This document shows positions 1 through 15,300 of a stretch of 64,000 nt of DNA, piece by piece. Position 1 is the stretch's first letter. Each line of letters opens with the position of its first letter. Location: the NCBI GenBank assembly GCA_012295275.1, contig CM022669.1:2356001-2420000 (forward strand). The letters run 5' to 3'. A program made the translations under genes and the position numbers. This DNA comes from Chrysomallon squamiferum. Its lineage: Eukaryota; Animalia; Mollusca. A model generated the notes under the pieces. It saw only the letters and a list, made by a program, of their open reading frames with translations, had not been told where the DNA came from and ran no database searches.

Positions 1-375
1 TGTACCATCTTAGGCTACATTCACAAAGTAATGAACTGCATATCTGACCTAGAGAAATGTTGTTATTTGCTATCACTAACTTTACTTTAACCTACATGAA
101 TATCAATACAGTATCCCTGGTGAGGTTACTGATAGATATAATATTTTAAAAGATGGCCTGATAATGATTTATGTTAGTTTAAAGAAACTGCAATGAAGAT
201 CAGTAAAGTACTTATAACTTCATATAAATTGTCTTCTAAGTTATTAATGTAGGTTCAGTTAAATGTTTTACATTTTGTTTCAAAACAAATAAACAAAAAT
301 GTCATGAAAAGCAGTTGATTAATTCCCAAATAACTTCGTTTACAACATGGCAAACTCTACTGGCTGGAAGAGGTC

Positions 376-3300
376 TCAGATTTCAAGGTCCACAAACACA
401 CGTCTGCAGTGAATGATGTGATCATTTCTTGGTTTATCATTGGCTTGCAGACGTTTCTCCTCTCCTGCTGTTAGTTTGGCAAATGCCAGAGCAAATTCTC
501 TGTCAAATGCATCTGAAATAAAAACAATGTTCAAAAAATTAATTTTTTAAAAACTGTAAAACCAAAGAACCAAATCCACAACCTCATAAAAACCTACTAG
601 ATCAGTGATATTTTCTTTAAGTTTAACAGCACAGAAATAGACTTACAACATATTGTAGTCTTTTATATCTGTAGATATTTATTTTTTTATTATTATTATT
701 GTAATGTGTATTTGTAATTTGTAATTTCATTTATTAGAGATTGAGTAATATACTAATAATTTTAAAATATCAGGCTAGCACTATTCCTAATATTATTATT
801 ACTTTTTTCTTTTTATTTCAGTTGTGTGATTTAAGACAAGTAAAAGTTTTTACCATGGTCAATATTTTCGCGACCACAAGCACTGAAGGCAAGGAAGAGT
901 ATTTCACGGTACAGACTACGGAACTGGAGTTTCTTTCTCCGCATTCGCCGTCGACTGTTAATAATCAGCTTGATGGGAGAAAGAACATCGTTACACTGTA
1001 TGTTGGAGATTATCTGATGCATGACACTGAAAAAACACCAACAATACAGCACTTTCAGTTTTTTCCTTATTATATAAAAAAGTGAAATTGAAAGTAACCA
1101 AACTGGTACAGTGGTAATAACTAATTTTTAAAAATGTCTGGAACCTATGGTGATAGAAATTAAAACAATCTGCCACTAATATATGTCAGCTCTGACTACA
1201 AACCAGCATAGTATAAAATCTATCAATTTAGCTTGGTTTATGCTAGTGGTAAATCCGTATCACTAGATCTTTAATCCTCCTTCATAATGCTTTATATACA
1301 TCAGATCACTACTCATTTATTGCACCTAAAATAACTTAATCTAGACATTTAAAGATATGCAATTATTAAATGAAATCAGAACTCAAAAATGCAAACATAA
1401 AAGAAAAATAATAAAGTTTAAGTTATACTGAACAAACAACACCAATGTATCTGAAAACAGCAGCGTACTTACGGTGTACTAACATGCTGTGTTTCAGTTA
1501 TCAAGGCATCTAAAGTAGATGAATGATGACCTGGAATGGAAGAAAAACTAAAATTACATTTTTACTTAATTATTGCTAACAATATATATTTGGAAATTAT
1601 TAATCTTAAGTATACTTGAAAGAAGTAAATCTGCTGGTATGCTATTTGAGACAAATAATAACAGAGTACACAACAATCAATCTTTATCATTTAGCTGTTG
1701 TAAAGATAATCAAATTAAGTATAAGGGTCATTCTGTATCAAATCACCCAATGGGTTAAACCCGACCATCTCAGATTTTTATCAACAATACCAATTTTATG
1801 AAGATTGGATCAGTAGTTCCTGAGATATGAGGGTTCAAAGGTCACATTTTTGTCAAAAATCTCAAAATTTGGTAGGCCATATTTCCCACACCACTGGTCC
1901 GACTGGGCTAAAATTTCAGATTTGGTGCTGTGGGATCCCAATCAACAAGTATACCAAGTTTTATAAAAGTCTGAGACGGTTGGGTTTAAATTTCTTTTTT
2001 TGGGGGCGATTTGACATGGAATGACCCATAATTAGTTTTGTCTATGTTTCTTCAGTATTACAAAAAAAAGTCACTGATCATCTATTTTTTAGGTAATGAA
2101 GTGCAAAATGAATATTAAGATTAAAAAATAATATATATATATATATATAGGTACAGGCAGGCAAATTTTTTCTGAAATTAATTTCACATAAAATAGCACA
2201 TAATGAAAGCTGTAGCAAAATAAATGAAAACACACAAAAAATTATGACTCTATCTCCAGCAGTTAAAAAGATATATACGACAGGTATTTGGTTGTTTTTT
2301 AGCCCTATTTTGGCTAATTAGCAGAAAGGACTACTTTGGTCAACTGTAGTTTGAAAAGTAATTGACACAAAAGGCTGAAAATCAGCAAGAGTGATGGTAC
2401 CAACTTGCTAAATGAGTTCAGACCTGTATGTTTGTATGTGTGTTGACAATAACATGCTGAACATGCCAAAATCTTCAAAATGACACATGGCAGAATGACT
2501 AAAAGTTCAAATAGACACTGTGGTTTCAGTTTTTGTCTTATTTGACAAATTCAACCTGTGTTGTGAACAATTCGTCATGATCTTTCTAATGACATACTTG
2601 AATTTAACATTTGTAATAAAAAAAAAAAAAAAAAAAAATTCTGCCAAGGCAATAAAAAAATAAATAATTTACCTTTTTAATTTATATAGAACAGCACAAC
2701 TTTATTTACATAAGCAGCTACAATTTTTACTCTATTAAATAATTGGTAGTAATAAGTTAAGATACTGTGATATATAAATAAAGGTCTGCATGCATTTGAT
2801 GTTTAACCATAATCCTTTGCAATACATAAACTCAGCTAATCCTTGGAGCCAACTTCAGGAAGGTGTTGCAGGTATTAATTAGGGACAATAAAATGTATGT
2901 AATCATGAGACTAGAGGCAATTAAAGACACAGGTGTTCATTTGAAGCAAACATAAAATAATTTTCTTAGCTTTGTACTTGCTGCGATTTGACAGCAAACA
3001 AAAGTTACCTATCATCTGACCACTGTTGAAATTTTCTCTGATAGAGCTTATCAACAAGCAAAATTAATGTTTTAAAACTGATCAATTTATGATTTTACAT
3101 TTTAAAAAAGTGATTAGATTTTTATTCAGCATTCCATCAATACCTCTGAATACATTGTTCTATTATGTTGTATAATTTGTTATGTTTACGATTCTTAATT
3201 CGACATTTATCGCAAGAATTTTGAAAGCAAAATAATCGACGGTTTTAAACTGAAGATAGTAATCGGCAAAACAACGTTAATTTTATTTATTTCAGAACGC

Positions 3301-6300
3301 ATGTTCGCTCCCACATGCTATAATGTATACACTAAAAGTAGGAACTTTAAAGAAAAACAAACAGCCAACAAGTTATTAAAAATATAAACAACATATAAAT
3401 ATAATCATTTTAAACAGCGCCAGACCTTTCTAGCTGTACATAAGATCTACGGCAATTTTGTTCTGTAAAAAAAGTAACGTAATGGCGATTTCGCTAAGCA
3501 CATGCTACGTTCAAATGCGGAGCATGTTTTTGCCAAAGACGACACACCATAGTGTCGCACATTGTTTGAAAGGTAATTGAATGATCTTTCATTTGATCCC
3601 ATAGGTTTTATTTTCAGCCAGTTTTTTTCAAAACAGGTTTGATGGCATGAAAAAGTACATTTTTGGACACAACTTTTGATATAAGCCATTACCAGCGACA
3701 ACATGCACACTGTTAGAAAGATTGAACTTTGACCCTCCTAGGTTTGCTAAAAATAACATTGAAGCCATTTTGGTGAAAACAAGCCAGGCATTTGTAGAGC
3801 GACCCTATTTTAGGACTTTTTACTCCACACTGTTAATTGCTGACCACGGGCGCCGAAGTGCGTTTACCCCCATCGCGCTCAACACTCTCGTACAAAGAAC
3901 TGATTTAACATACAACAAGAAAAAACAACACCATTTAAAAGAGCACATAAAGATCTTTAGTTACATGTATCTGATTTTTATGGTAGGATTTATAGAAGGG
4001 ATTTGGGAGTGGAGGAAAATGGACAAAATCTGAACTTTTAACAGCTTCGACCAATTATATTGGCTAGGCTGCCGGTACCTAATATATATGTAAAAATGTC
4101 ATATACATCTGATATCAGAAGTATTTATTTATGAATCTAACAAAGATTACATTTTTATAAATTTCATGGGAAAATATTAAAAAAGGAATCGAAGCACTAA
4201 AGGGGAAAATCCACAAATCAAGAAAAGAAAACATGATTTAGATTTGTTAGTGAATTTTCTTAAGTAAGTTAAAAGACAAAAACAAAAACAGATGAGAAAT
4301 ATGTCAGCATTTATTACAGGTAGCCGCATAGTATTTTAAATTAATGGATGTCGGTAGCATGACAATAAATATTTCTGTAGATACAAATAACTTACGAGAC
4401 TCCCAAGCAGAATAAAGTGGAAGACCAACTTCTTCATGTATTCTAATATTGTCCCACATTGGGCGAAGCAAAACATGTTTACTGTCATTGAGCAGCTGGT
4501 GTTTTTCTGAAGTCTGACAATAAATAAATAAATGAAATAATGGCCTACAAAGCATTTATTCTTTATCTTAAATATATTAGTCAATTAAATGCCAACTAAA
4601 ATATTTTATGTATTATGACAAACAAATAATTATTTTTTGCTATATCCTATGCTATGAAAATCAAACATTCAAATATTTTATCATGATAAATGAATTAACT
4701 AAGTTAAATTTTAAGAAACCCCCAAAATACTTACATCTGGATACTTGCTGATGCTACTGGCAGTAAGAAGGAATCCAAGCAGATGACTAGGAACATCTAT
4801 TCTCTTGAAAAACCAGACCTACAATGCACAACACAACCAATGACACACACACAGCAGGGATTTACTAATACGCATAAAACTTTTCTAAACCATCTACCAA
4901 TACTGATAAATACAAATAATTTACAAGAAGTAAACTAATTATTAACGAAAATAAAAATCTAGAAAAAAATATTATAAATAAATATATTTTCTACCAAACA
5001 CTTTTTTGGAAACAGCAATTACATAATATTCAGCAGCCAACTGACAAAAATATAATCAGTAAGTATATATATAAAAAAAAATGTATCATTTAAAATATTA
5101 AAATTAATCAGTTAAGTTTAATCAATTTGCTGACTTACTAGATTCCAAAACAGAATGTTGTGTTCATCTATAAACTTTGGAGAAGCCAGAACCTCATCAC
5201 CTTCATTGTCAAGAAGATGCTCAATCTCCTTGCGCAGGACGATGGGGCTAAGGTAGGGTACACTGATAGGTGCAATGGATGAGGTCGTTCTGTCAAAATA
5301 AACATTTCCTGTATAAAATACTGATTTATTTGTAAGATGTAACTCAACAACTTGATAACTGATATTTCTGTTTTCAGTATTTATTTTCAAAATGTTCAGG
5401 TTCTGCATTAATAATCACAGACTGATTAAGGTAAGAATATTTGCTGTTGTTCTCACACAATTTGCTGACAGTTTGAATTAGGAATGAATTGTAAGGTTTT
5501 TCTTGTCTTGTTGTAGTAAAAAAAAAGAAAAAAAAAAAAAAGAAGATAAGTTATTGATTTGAAAAACAAAAAGTTGCAGAAAAAATCGCCTATGATTAAA
5601 AATATGACACCTATTATAACACAAATTTTAATGTATTCTGTAATAATCTTTGACAACTATAAATTTACAATACTATCACTAATTTCTTCTTATAAACCCC
5701 AGTTTACTTTCAGTGATTAAAAGTTTTATTCAAACATTTATCTTCAAAGGTGAAAAATACCCCACAATCATAATAAAAATAAATAAATAAAAATAAATTT
5801 AAACATTTTGAATTAAAAATAAAATATATATAAACAAAAAAGTAATTTCTTTGCAATAAATCCTAATACCTTAACATGCACTCTCTCTGAAATTCTGGAG
5901 TGTTAGGTGGTTTTGATAAATCAGAGGGAAGTCTTGTTGCTTTTATTTCTGGTTGTGCTTTTTCTGATCTTTGTGGTGATGGTGGTTCTGATTGTTTCTT
6001 AGTTGAGCCTTTTGTATCAACTGAATCTGATGACGAAAAGCTTGCATCCTCAAAGTCTGTACAGCCTGTGAAGCACTCACTTGTCGAGCGTCTTCGAGCT
6101 TGTAACTTCCAGTCTAGGTGGTTATCTGCTGAGTAAGTGTTTCTTAATCTGATTTCTTCTTGACAGCAAGGTGGCTGTGGCAAGTCACTGCTTGATGTAG
6201 AGCTTGATTCACCTTGTTGATAACGCTTCATCCGTTCCTGAATCCGATGACGTAAAAGTGTCCTTTCGGGATTGTTACTGTCCACATTTCTCCAATCCTA

Positions 6301-9300
6301 AAACAAAACAAAATTAAATTAAATTAAATTAAAAAAGAGAAACAAAAAGAGAAAATCAAATAAATGAAAGAAAAAGAACAGAAAAATTAAACTAAATTTA
6401 GTTTCTTTTTAAATTTGATGCATCACAAATATATTGTTTTATGAAAAAATTACAATGACTGACACATTATTATCATTTCCTGGTGTAATATACGATCATT
6501 ATTTAACAGAAATAATATTTATTTTAAAAAATGAGTGAACTTTGATTGTTTCATATGGTGATGGGAACACTAAAGGTAACCATTAGATCTTATTTACTGA
6601 CGTACTTTGTAAATATTAAAACATATATTTTCTATAAAAATAAAAAAAAATACACACAATAAAACAACAACAAAAATCAATCAATGAGTTCAGTGACATT
6701 ATATGTCAAAAATGAATATTCAAAACATAAACCAAAATCTCACCTTGACATAGATCTGTAGACGAGGTACAAACCTAGAAGGACAGAACTGACAACTGAA
6801 ATAAAGAAATGAAGAGACTTTTATAAAAATGAATTCAGGCCAGAATACTGGTCAGATACATACTAAGTACAAGTCGTCCCCTTTTCTCTTTCTAGCTCTC
6901 TTCAAACACAACACAAGTTAATTTGAGGAAGGTAAGAAGTAACATTTGTATTTACCTGGTATTGAGGTTAGACTCATCAGCTGACCAACCAGCCATTATT
7001 TCTTCATCATACATCAGACTGTGACAGCGTGTACATCGTGAGCAGCTGCTCATTTCCACTTCAATGGCAATGTCTTCTACTATTGACCACAGCTGATCAA
7101 GCTGGTGAGATTTCACACTGCTGTCAGCAGAGTCCTTCGCCTCATCACCACTGGCAGGAGAAGGCTCACTTTCTGAAGTACAACATTAATGGTGACAATG
7201 AAGAAACTGTGAATTTCTATTTACTTGCATAAATCATTAATTATGTCAAAAGGAACCATAGTTAATACAAAAGTCAATTAAAACAAATTTAAGATTTTGT
7301 TACATTATGTTGGAGAATGTGCATGAAGTGTACTTAATTGTCCTTTCTTTTTAAAGTAATTGCTTAGAAAATATGAAAATTATTGATCAAAAGAATTGGA
7401 ACAGAAAACAATGTGGGTTAATTATGAACACATTTATTATCTTTTCAAATATTCTTCCTTCTTTATGATGATTATTACAAAAACAAAAAATATTTAATAT
7501 TATTTACATTATATATTTTTGGTTTTAATCAGAACATTTTTAATGCAAACCTGGAACCTAAACAGCAGGCAATAAAGAACAAATGTCAAATCCATATAAT
7601 GGAAATTAATATATGCAATAAAAAAATAAATAAATAAATAAAAAAAAAGAAGAAAAAAAAGAAAACAGTAAAAAGAGTAGCATCAGTGACAAGTACAAAA
7701 ACATTCCCTAATGCATCATCTAGCAACAGTAAACAAGTTTTCTTATAAAGAATAATATTTGACCAGCATTTCAAAAATAAACCTTTTGTTGGACATTACT
7801 GACTTAGAAAAAAAACATCTTGAAAACTAGTTCAGTACAAACAGTAATTAAGAAACAGATGTACTGAAGATACCTACCAAATGAAGCCAGTGAAGCTCCT
7901 TGTCCTAAACTGCCCTCTGTGCTGTTTTCACTTGGACTTAAAATGTCCTGACTGCTGCTGAACCTCCGCTGACATGGTATTGGGACAGCTATGCTCTCAT
8001 CCACTGTTGGACTGTCCTGTTCATCAATTGTGTTGGACAATGAAGCATTTGAGCCATTTTTCACAGGTGTTGTCATTGACTGCTTGAATTCATTCAGCTT
8101 GTTAACAGCTCCTCGAGCTCCTTTAGCAGCAAATTTGAGGAAACCAGTTATTGCTTCATTTGTTTTCCTTAGACTGCGGGTCCTTCTTAATAAATACTCA
8201 CTGGTTTTTTCTAATCTTCCCAGTTCATTCAGTGACAGTGTTGAATTTACAGGAGGATTTTCTTCATCCATACTTTGACTTTTCAGAGGAATGTTTGGCC
8301 GAATTTCAAGATCAGCTAAGCAATTGGGTGAACTACTTGTTCTGCCCAAGTCTGGTTTCTTCTTAGATGGTTCCATCATTTCCTTTATACTTAACTTTAC
8401 ACAAGTATCTGACTGACCTGATGAACTAGAGAGATCACTGCATTTGTTACACATAACATCTGCATTTGTATTTTCACTATGATTAAATGCTGTTGGAAAA
8501 GGTGTGCTGGTACACAAGGAAACTAGACTTTTAGGAGAATGACTTGGAGAAAATGAAATCAAAGGAGTATCTGTGATTGATTCAGAAGCAAAATGTCCTA
8601 ATGGGTCATTCTCGGTAACTGGTGTACTGACTTCTCTTATTGATTCCTTGTTATCTTTTTCATTATCATCCTGTGTAAGGGAAAAGGATGAATGACAAGT
8701 AGTACCATTGAACATGCTGTTATCGCAGACCTGAACATGTTTTGGGTCAGCATGTTCATCAGTGTCACTGAATAACATATGATTTTCATTCAGTTCCACA
8801 CCACTGTCTTTCTCATCCTTTGGTTTGTTAGTGAAGGCAGAGCTTCTGCTAAACACGCTGTCATTGACAGATACATTCTCTGGTATATTTACAACTCTAT
8901 CTTTAATTTGTAGATCTGAGAACCGCATTAACATTTTTTCATCCCCACTTGAATGTCTTGGTCTCCAGCTAGCAAACAAACTGTTTGATCGCATTTTCAC
9001 ATATTCTCCAGCACTGCGGTGACGTCGTCTTTTCTTGTCCATGAACTCCTCAACATCTCGAGACAAATTAAAAGTGTGATTATCCAGGGAGCTCTGGCTT
9101 ACCATTAGAAGACCAGCAGAATTATTAACTGAAAATAAATAGTGAACAACCATAACCATCAAGTGGAGGCTGTCCAAATATATACATACTTTATACCAGG
9201 AACATGAAACATGTAACTGTGCCCAAAATGGAGATATTTGGAGAAGTTAAAAAATAATAAATGACATTTTCCCTCATCATGTCATATAGAATTCTGAATA

Positions 9301-12300
9301 GCTTTGTATTTTTATTTCAGTTTTGTTAAGTTATTTTACTTTATTTTTGGGTGAAAGAAAGTAATATAAAAAGAACTTTTTCAGTTCTTCTGACTGTAAA
9401 TTTATAAGCACACTGGACATAAAGTAAACTATATATTTATTTTGTATCATCATCATTATTTTTATCCTAGTATAATTTACAAAATTGATCACTTGACCTT
9501 TTGTCTAATTATGTACAAAAATATTTAAATAAACAAAATATCAGCATTGCTAAACAACTGTATAGGCATCACCAATTCAGTTTTATGTTACATGCAAATC
9601 ATTAAAAAGACAACATAGTGCAACATAATAACAGAGATAATCTTAAAAATTCTATATGATATACTTAAACAATGACTGCAGAAAATACAAGGAATGGTTT
9701 TACAAAGTTACATGGGATACTGAAAAAATATTTCATGTTACTTGTAGCCCTTGCAACACAGTCACTCATAACTCAGATAAATAAAAATATTTATATATAC
9801 CAAACATATTTAAAATAAATAAATAAAAAAATAAATACATTTATCACACATCCTTTACTGTATGCATTTTCAAAATGTCATACGAATTCTCAAGTTCTCA
9901 AGATGAAAAAAGCTGGACAAGATTACTAAAATCTTATTTCAAGAAATGGAAATCAAATGTATGCAAAAAGATATTAATTTTTTTAATTTATTTTTTTTAA
10001 ATTATTTATTGTTAGAAAACAATGGTGGTTTCTGTCATATAAAATGAAAAGTAAGAACATTAATGAAAACTTAAGAAAAGGGAAAGTGAAGAAATCTTGT
10101 AAATGAAACTGAAAATTTAAAAGAAAGTTATTTATAAAAAATATTTCATAAAACTGGAAATAACAGCTTTATTTAATGATAATGTCAACATAAATACTTT
10201 AAAAGTAATTTCAATAAAGTGGCCCAAAATTCACTCTTGAATATAAGGGTTATGCTGGTCTACTAACTGGCCCTGCTGAAAAAACTTTTGCAAATATTTA
10301 AAAAATTATTCATATTTTGTACACATGAGCTAATATCTGAGATGAAAATCTAGATATGATTCAAGAATGGAAATGATGATGCATAGGAGAACAACAAAAC
10401 TTACTGATGCTACACGTAACATGAAATTCACAGATTACTCATCAATGGTTTTGTGCCATAATTTTAACATTCTTTCTTCTTTAAATTTATTCTTTCATAT
10501 GCAGAAAAAAAACCTAAACAATGTAGCATTTTTCAAAGATATTTTTTTTAACAGTTATTTGTCAGTAAATATTTTAATAGTTTTCCTTTTCAACCCAGTG
10601 AGTATGACATTAAGCTCAGATACTTAAATAGTTCCTAATGAATTATGGCACTAAATACCTTTGATCAGTTTCCTCAAACAAAAACAGATGATTTCTTTTG
10701 AAAAGCTGGTTACTGCTGAGCTAACATGGGGTGTGTGTTAGTTACATCTTTACTATTTGATCAGCATTGGTGAACTAAATGTTAAACTTTTCCCTCTTTT
10801 TTTTTTCTTAAAGACAAATATTAGCTCAGAATCTCCCTGCTGTCCAAAAAAAAAAAAAAAAAATTTGACCAAAAATTAAGAATATGTTGTCTTTTTGGGT
10901 GATGATGCCATTTGTTTACAAAATTTCTAATATCAGAAATAACATTTAGTTATTTTGACTTACAAAACAATACAGAGATTATTATTATTTTTTTTTTTTT
11001 TTTTCAATTCTTTTACCTACAATAGGTGATTACAAGAGTAATGATGTTATGATCTGAAGGAGAATTAACCTGTACCGGATATGAAGATTTTGTTAAATGC
11101 ATGTTAAATAGGAGAGAACATTAATATAGAAAATGCTGTTCATGGACTATAGGAAATAAATAAATTTAAGTGGTCCATAACAATGTTCTAAAGGTAACAG
11201 AACACAACAAGAAAACAAATTGTTGTAGAAAGGATTAAAACTCACTGATGCTGCCCTTCAGTGTGTCAAAACTAGCACAACTGCTTGAAGGACTCCCAGT
11301 TCGGACAATACTGCCAATACGTCGAGAAATAGCAGAATTACGTAAAGTCAATTCACCTAAGTTAAATAAACAAAACAAAATTAATAAAGGAAAATATTTC
11401 ATGTTACTTGTAGTCCTTGCAATAGAGTCACTCATAAAACTGAGATAAATAAGAATATTTATCACCATCTCGAATCTTCTCCTTCAACATACTGTCCAAG
11501 TCTTCATCGTCACGGTAACATGCCAGATGTACCGAATATATTTGAGTTATAATGAGTTATATTGCTCAGTAATTAATATGAGTGTCTATCATTTATCTGT
11601 TTCTCTGACAGAACATTTATTTCTTTCACCTTGCCAAGACCATCTATATATAATTTTTTTAATATATCAGATTAAAAGAATAATTTCAAAATAGAGAATA
11701 TTCATTTAACAAGAGATAACTTCTTAGGAATATTTAGGAATGGAATGAAACAATATAAAAACGAAATAAAAAACAACAAAACAAACCACATATACATGCA
11801 CAAATAAATAATAATAATAATAAAAAAGAGTTAAATTTGGTTTTCAATTTACCATATTTAAATTTATTTAACAATATCATATTTTTACCTCTTTAACACA
11901 AATAACTGATGCACTTTTAAAACTTAAATTAAAGATTCTAAATGGAAATCAGTCAGTAATTACATTATGCCTCAAAGCATTCAGTTTACACAATATAAAT
12001 GTCAGATGAATTTTGTACATACCATTTCCTTTCTTGGCAGTAGGTTTTGATAAACCAACAGACTTTAAATCTTTCATTTTATTATCATTATTGGCTTCTA
12101 CACTCATCATCTGAGAAATCTGTTTCACGTCTTCCTGGGTCATGGAACTGTAGCCACGGTCAGATGCACCACCTAAGTTGTAATTGAATAAAAAACACAT
12201 CTGAAAGGTTAATAAATAAAATTATGTCTGCGGATGCAATTCTGTTTAAGAAAATATTTTCTTGGACTATTCTAATATGTTTTCTACTTTATTTGTGGAT

Positions 12301-15300
12301 ATTAATAATTAATGCAACAATGTGGCATATTCAAAGTTTATTTAACTATCATTCACTTTGTAAATTTATTCTTAATCCTGCAGTCAGCTTTTATCTAAAA
12401 CTTAAAACAATTGGAAAATAACTAACAACTATTATACTGTATTAATCTTTATTACATTTTCTTAACTCTTTTAAAATAAATAATTCACAAATTAGATAAA
12501 AACAAAATTAATATGGTGAGTATTCTTACTGAGATCTGTTAACCTGCAGTTAAAGAAAGAAAAGAACATAAAGTTCTGGGAAAAACATAAGACTCCATTA
12601 AATTTTGTTTTTTGAATTCAGTTGTTTTTTTCTGTCCAAAGTATAAAATAAATGAAAAAAACATGATTTTTTGTTTTGACATCACTGTGTACAGAGAGGT
12701 CAAATTTGCTCTTTAATGTTGTCAGCCTGTCGTGAACACAGTAATTTCAGTTGTGACAAGGTTTTACAGACATATTCAAATGTTTCCAAAAACAGGTCAA
12801 CCTAAACAATAAAATAATAACTGGAATTTAAATTATTTTATTAAACAATTTATCCACATCTTTAATCTTCAGAAAAAAAGTACCAACCTGTGCTAAGACT
12901 TTCTTCAATGCCTGGTTTTTGAACTGATGGGTTTATATGAATTACCTCTGGAACATCTATCTTTGATGTATCAGCAGTGTCGAGAGTGCGTAACTCTTCA
13001 AAGTAGCTGTCTACACTAGTTCGACTTATCTTGTCACACTCACTGCCCGAAAAGGAACATGCTGAAAATCGTCTTTGTCCTAAACCATGTCGAAATCGGG
13101 CAATTCCGTGGATAACATTTCTAAGTTTAGTCCAAAAAATTATACCTTTTGCATTACGAGATGGCCATTTTGCCTCCAACATCACCTAAATAAATAAATA
13201 TATTTAAAAATAAAATAACAAATAAACATATAAATAAATATATAAACAAGGTACAGCCATCGAGAATGTAACAGAAATTTCATTCAATCAGTACTGCATA
13301 ACAAATTGGGATTTAGGTTTCTGAAATCACTATAGACAATTCTAAAATGTTTGTTGTAATTTAGCAAACAAAACATTCTCTGTAAAGCTATAATACTTTT
13401 TATAATATAAAGAGAAACAATATCAGGACTATATTTAATAAATAAATATATGAAAAAAGTCACATTTTTTAAAACCAAAAACCAAAAAGAATTATAACCA
13501 TATTTCATTGAACTCTATTTTTTTGGTTAAAAATAAAACATTTTTGACTAATATTTTTTTTTTAAATTTAAAATTTCTCCTGGCGTAATGAAAAACACAT
13601 TGAAAAGAAGGCTTATCATTACCTTATTGTAGAAGCCGTAAGTTATGGCATTTGGATGAATTCCACATTTCTTCATTTGGAGAAACACTTTGATGGCAAG
13701 TGAAGGTTTGTTGTACTGACCACATAACTGCATCAAAACACGGTAACACATCTGAAATAGCCCAGGTAATCAAATTAAACATGATAATAAACAAATTACC
13801 TATATATTTTACAGAATAAATAAATGTTAATGTCCTTATCTTTTCATTAACAGTGACAGTAATTTACTCCTCATCAATGAATTAAATTAATATTAAAAAA
13901 AAGAAGTCCTATTTAATTTAAAAAAAGCAGAAAAAAAGTAATCATAAAATATATGTCATAATTTAAATAAATAGTAAAAAGCAGTATAAATATTGTTAAC
14001 AAACAAATATATTAACTGGTTATTATTTAATAAGTACTCAAATGGTGCTTACTGGCAGATAATACACTCATCGTATATGTTTAACAGACTGAATGTTAAT
14101 CCCAGATAAAACATAAAATACTCTAATTGTACCTCATCAGGATATGGTAACTCAGCATCATGCATTTTCTGTAGGACAGCATAGGCAATCTTAAATGCCT
14201 CCATCTTGTTAGTTGCAGCACTAACAAAAGCTGGTAAATGGACAAACCACAGACTGTAGCAATAACTTAGAAGACACCTAAAAAAATATTATTAAAAAAG
14301 ATGAAAAAAAAGAGAGAAAAAAATTTAATTAGACCACAACCAAAATTTATAGTAACAGAAGCAATAATTTTATAAAAGTAAATTTAAAAAAAAAATAAAA
14401 TAATGTCTCCTCAAAAAGCTTTAAAAAGGAATATGCTTATAATGATAAAATGTTCATATCATGATGACAACAACAACAACAACAACAACAACAATAATAA
14501 ATATGAACTAGAATTTGTTACTGATGAGAAGTAACTGCCAAAGAAAGTGGTAATGTTTTTGCATGCCTGTTTAACAAGTTATGATAGTTTGGCAATGCAC
14601 GTAAATTAAGATGAATTAAATATAAAAATAATAATTACTTTGCCCATTTCTGAGGATTTGTTCTCTGTTGTAGTGCAGACTGCAAAAAAATAAAATAAAA
14701 TAAAATAAATAATAGAAATCAAATGAAACTAAATAATGAACAGTGAAAAAATTCAAGTATACATATAACTTTAATATTACATTATTTTTACATCTGAATT
14801 TGCTCTCTATGTTACCTGTACATAAAAAGTAATTTAATAACAATGTTACAAACATAGTTAATTTAATACATTATATTTTACTCATACTGAATAGCCTGTA
14901 TTATATATTTTTATTACACACCTATTCAGTTAGTATAATACTAACCTTGGATACAAATTTAAGTAATCAACATTCAAAAGCTTACTCTGACACCATGGAC
15001 AAAATAGCAAACAATTTCTTTGCAGACAAGCAATTTCATGAACATGAAAAGAAAATATGACTATACAGAAACCTTCCAGACAGCTTAATTAACTTGTACT
15101 TTTCTAATAAGTTTTAAAATACAGTTGACTAAAATATTTTTTTGTTTGCAAGTTATTGTAAATAATATTCAGAATGTTATTAAAAATATGCTTTTGCTTT
15201 TCTTTTGTGCTTCTTTATCATGCATCAGCCTCTTATATTACAAAGATTAATAGTTATGTGGTTTGTCTGCATATATAACTCATCTGTTTTATAAAATTAT

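Noticed and set aside
741-1085. Plus-strand 114-aa ORF as a nested gene
   Set aside because: It is the antisense shadow of DENND4 exon 33 (854-1026, [12 protein letters not shown]).
9731-9770. SECIS-like AUGA...AA...UGA spacing on the minus strand of the duplicated intron block
   Set aside because: It is intronic, no in-frame UGA is needed in DENND4, and differences between the two copies break rather than compensate the stem.
14986-15017. Alternative candidate for DENND4 exon 19 ([16 protein letters not shown] donor)
   Set aside because: Its acceptor is weak. Exon 14639-14679 ([14 protein letters not shown]) has strong sites and matches the family P..W motif.
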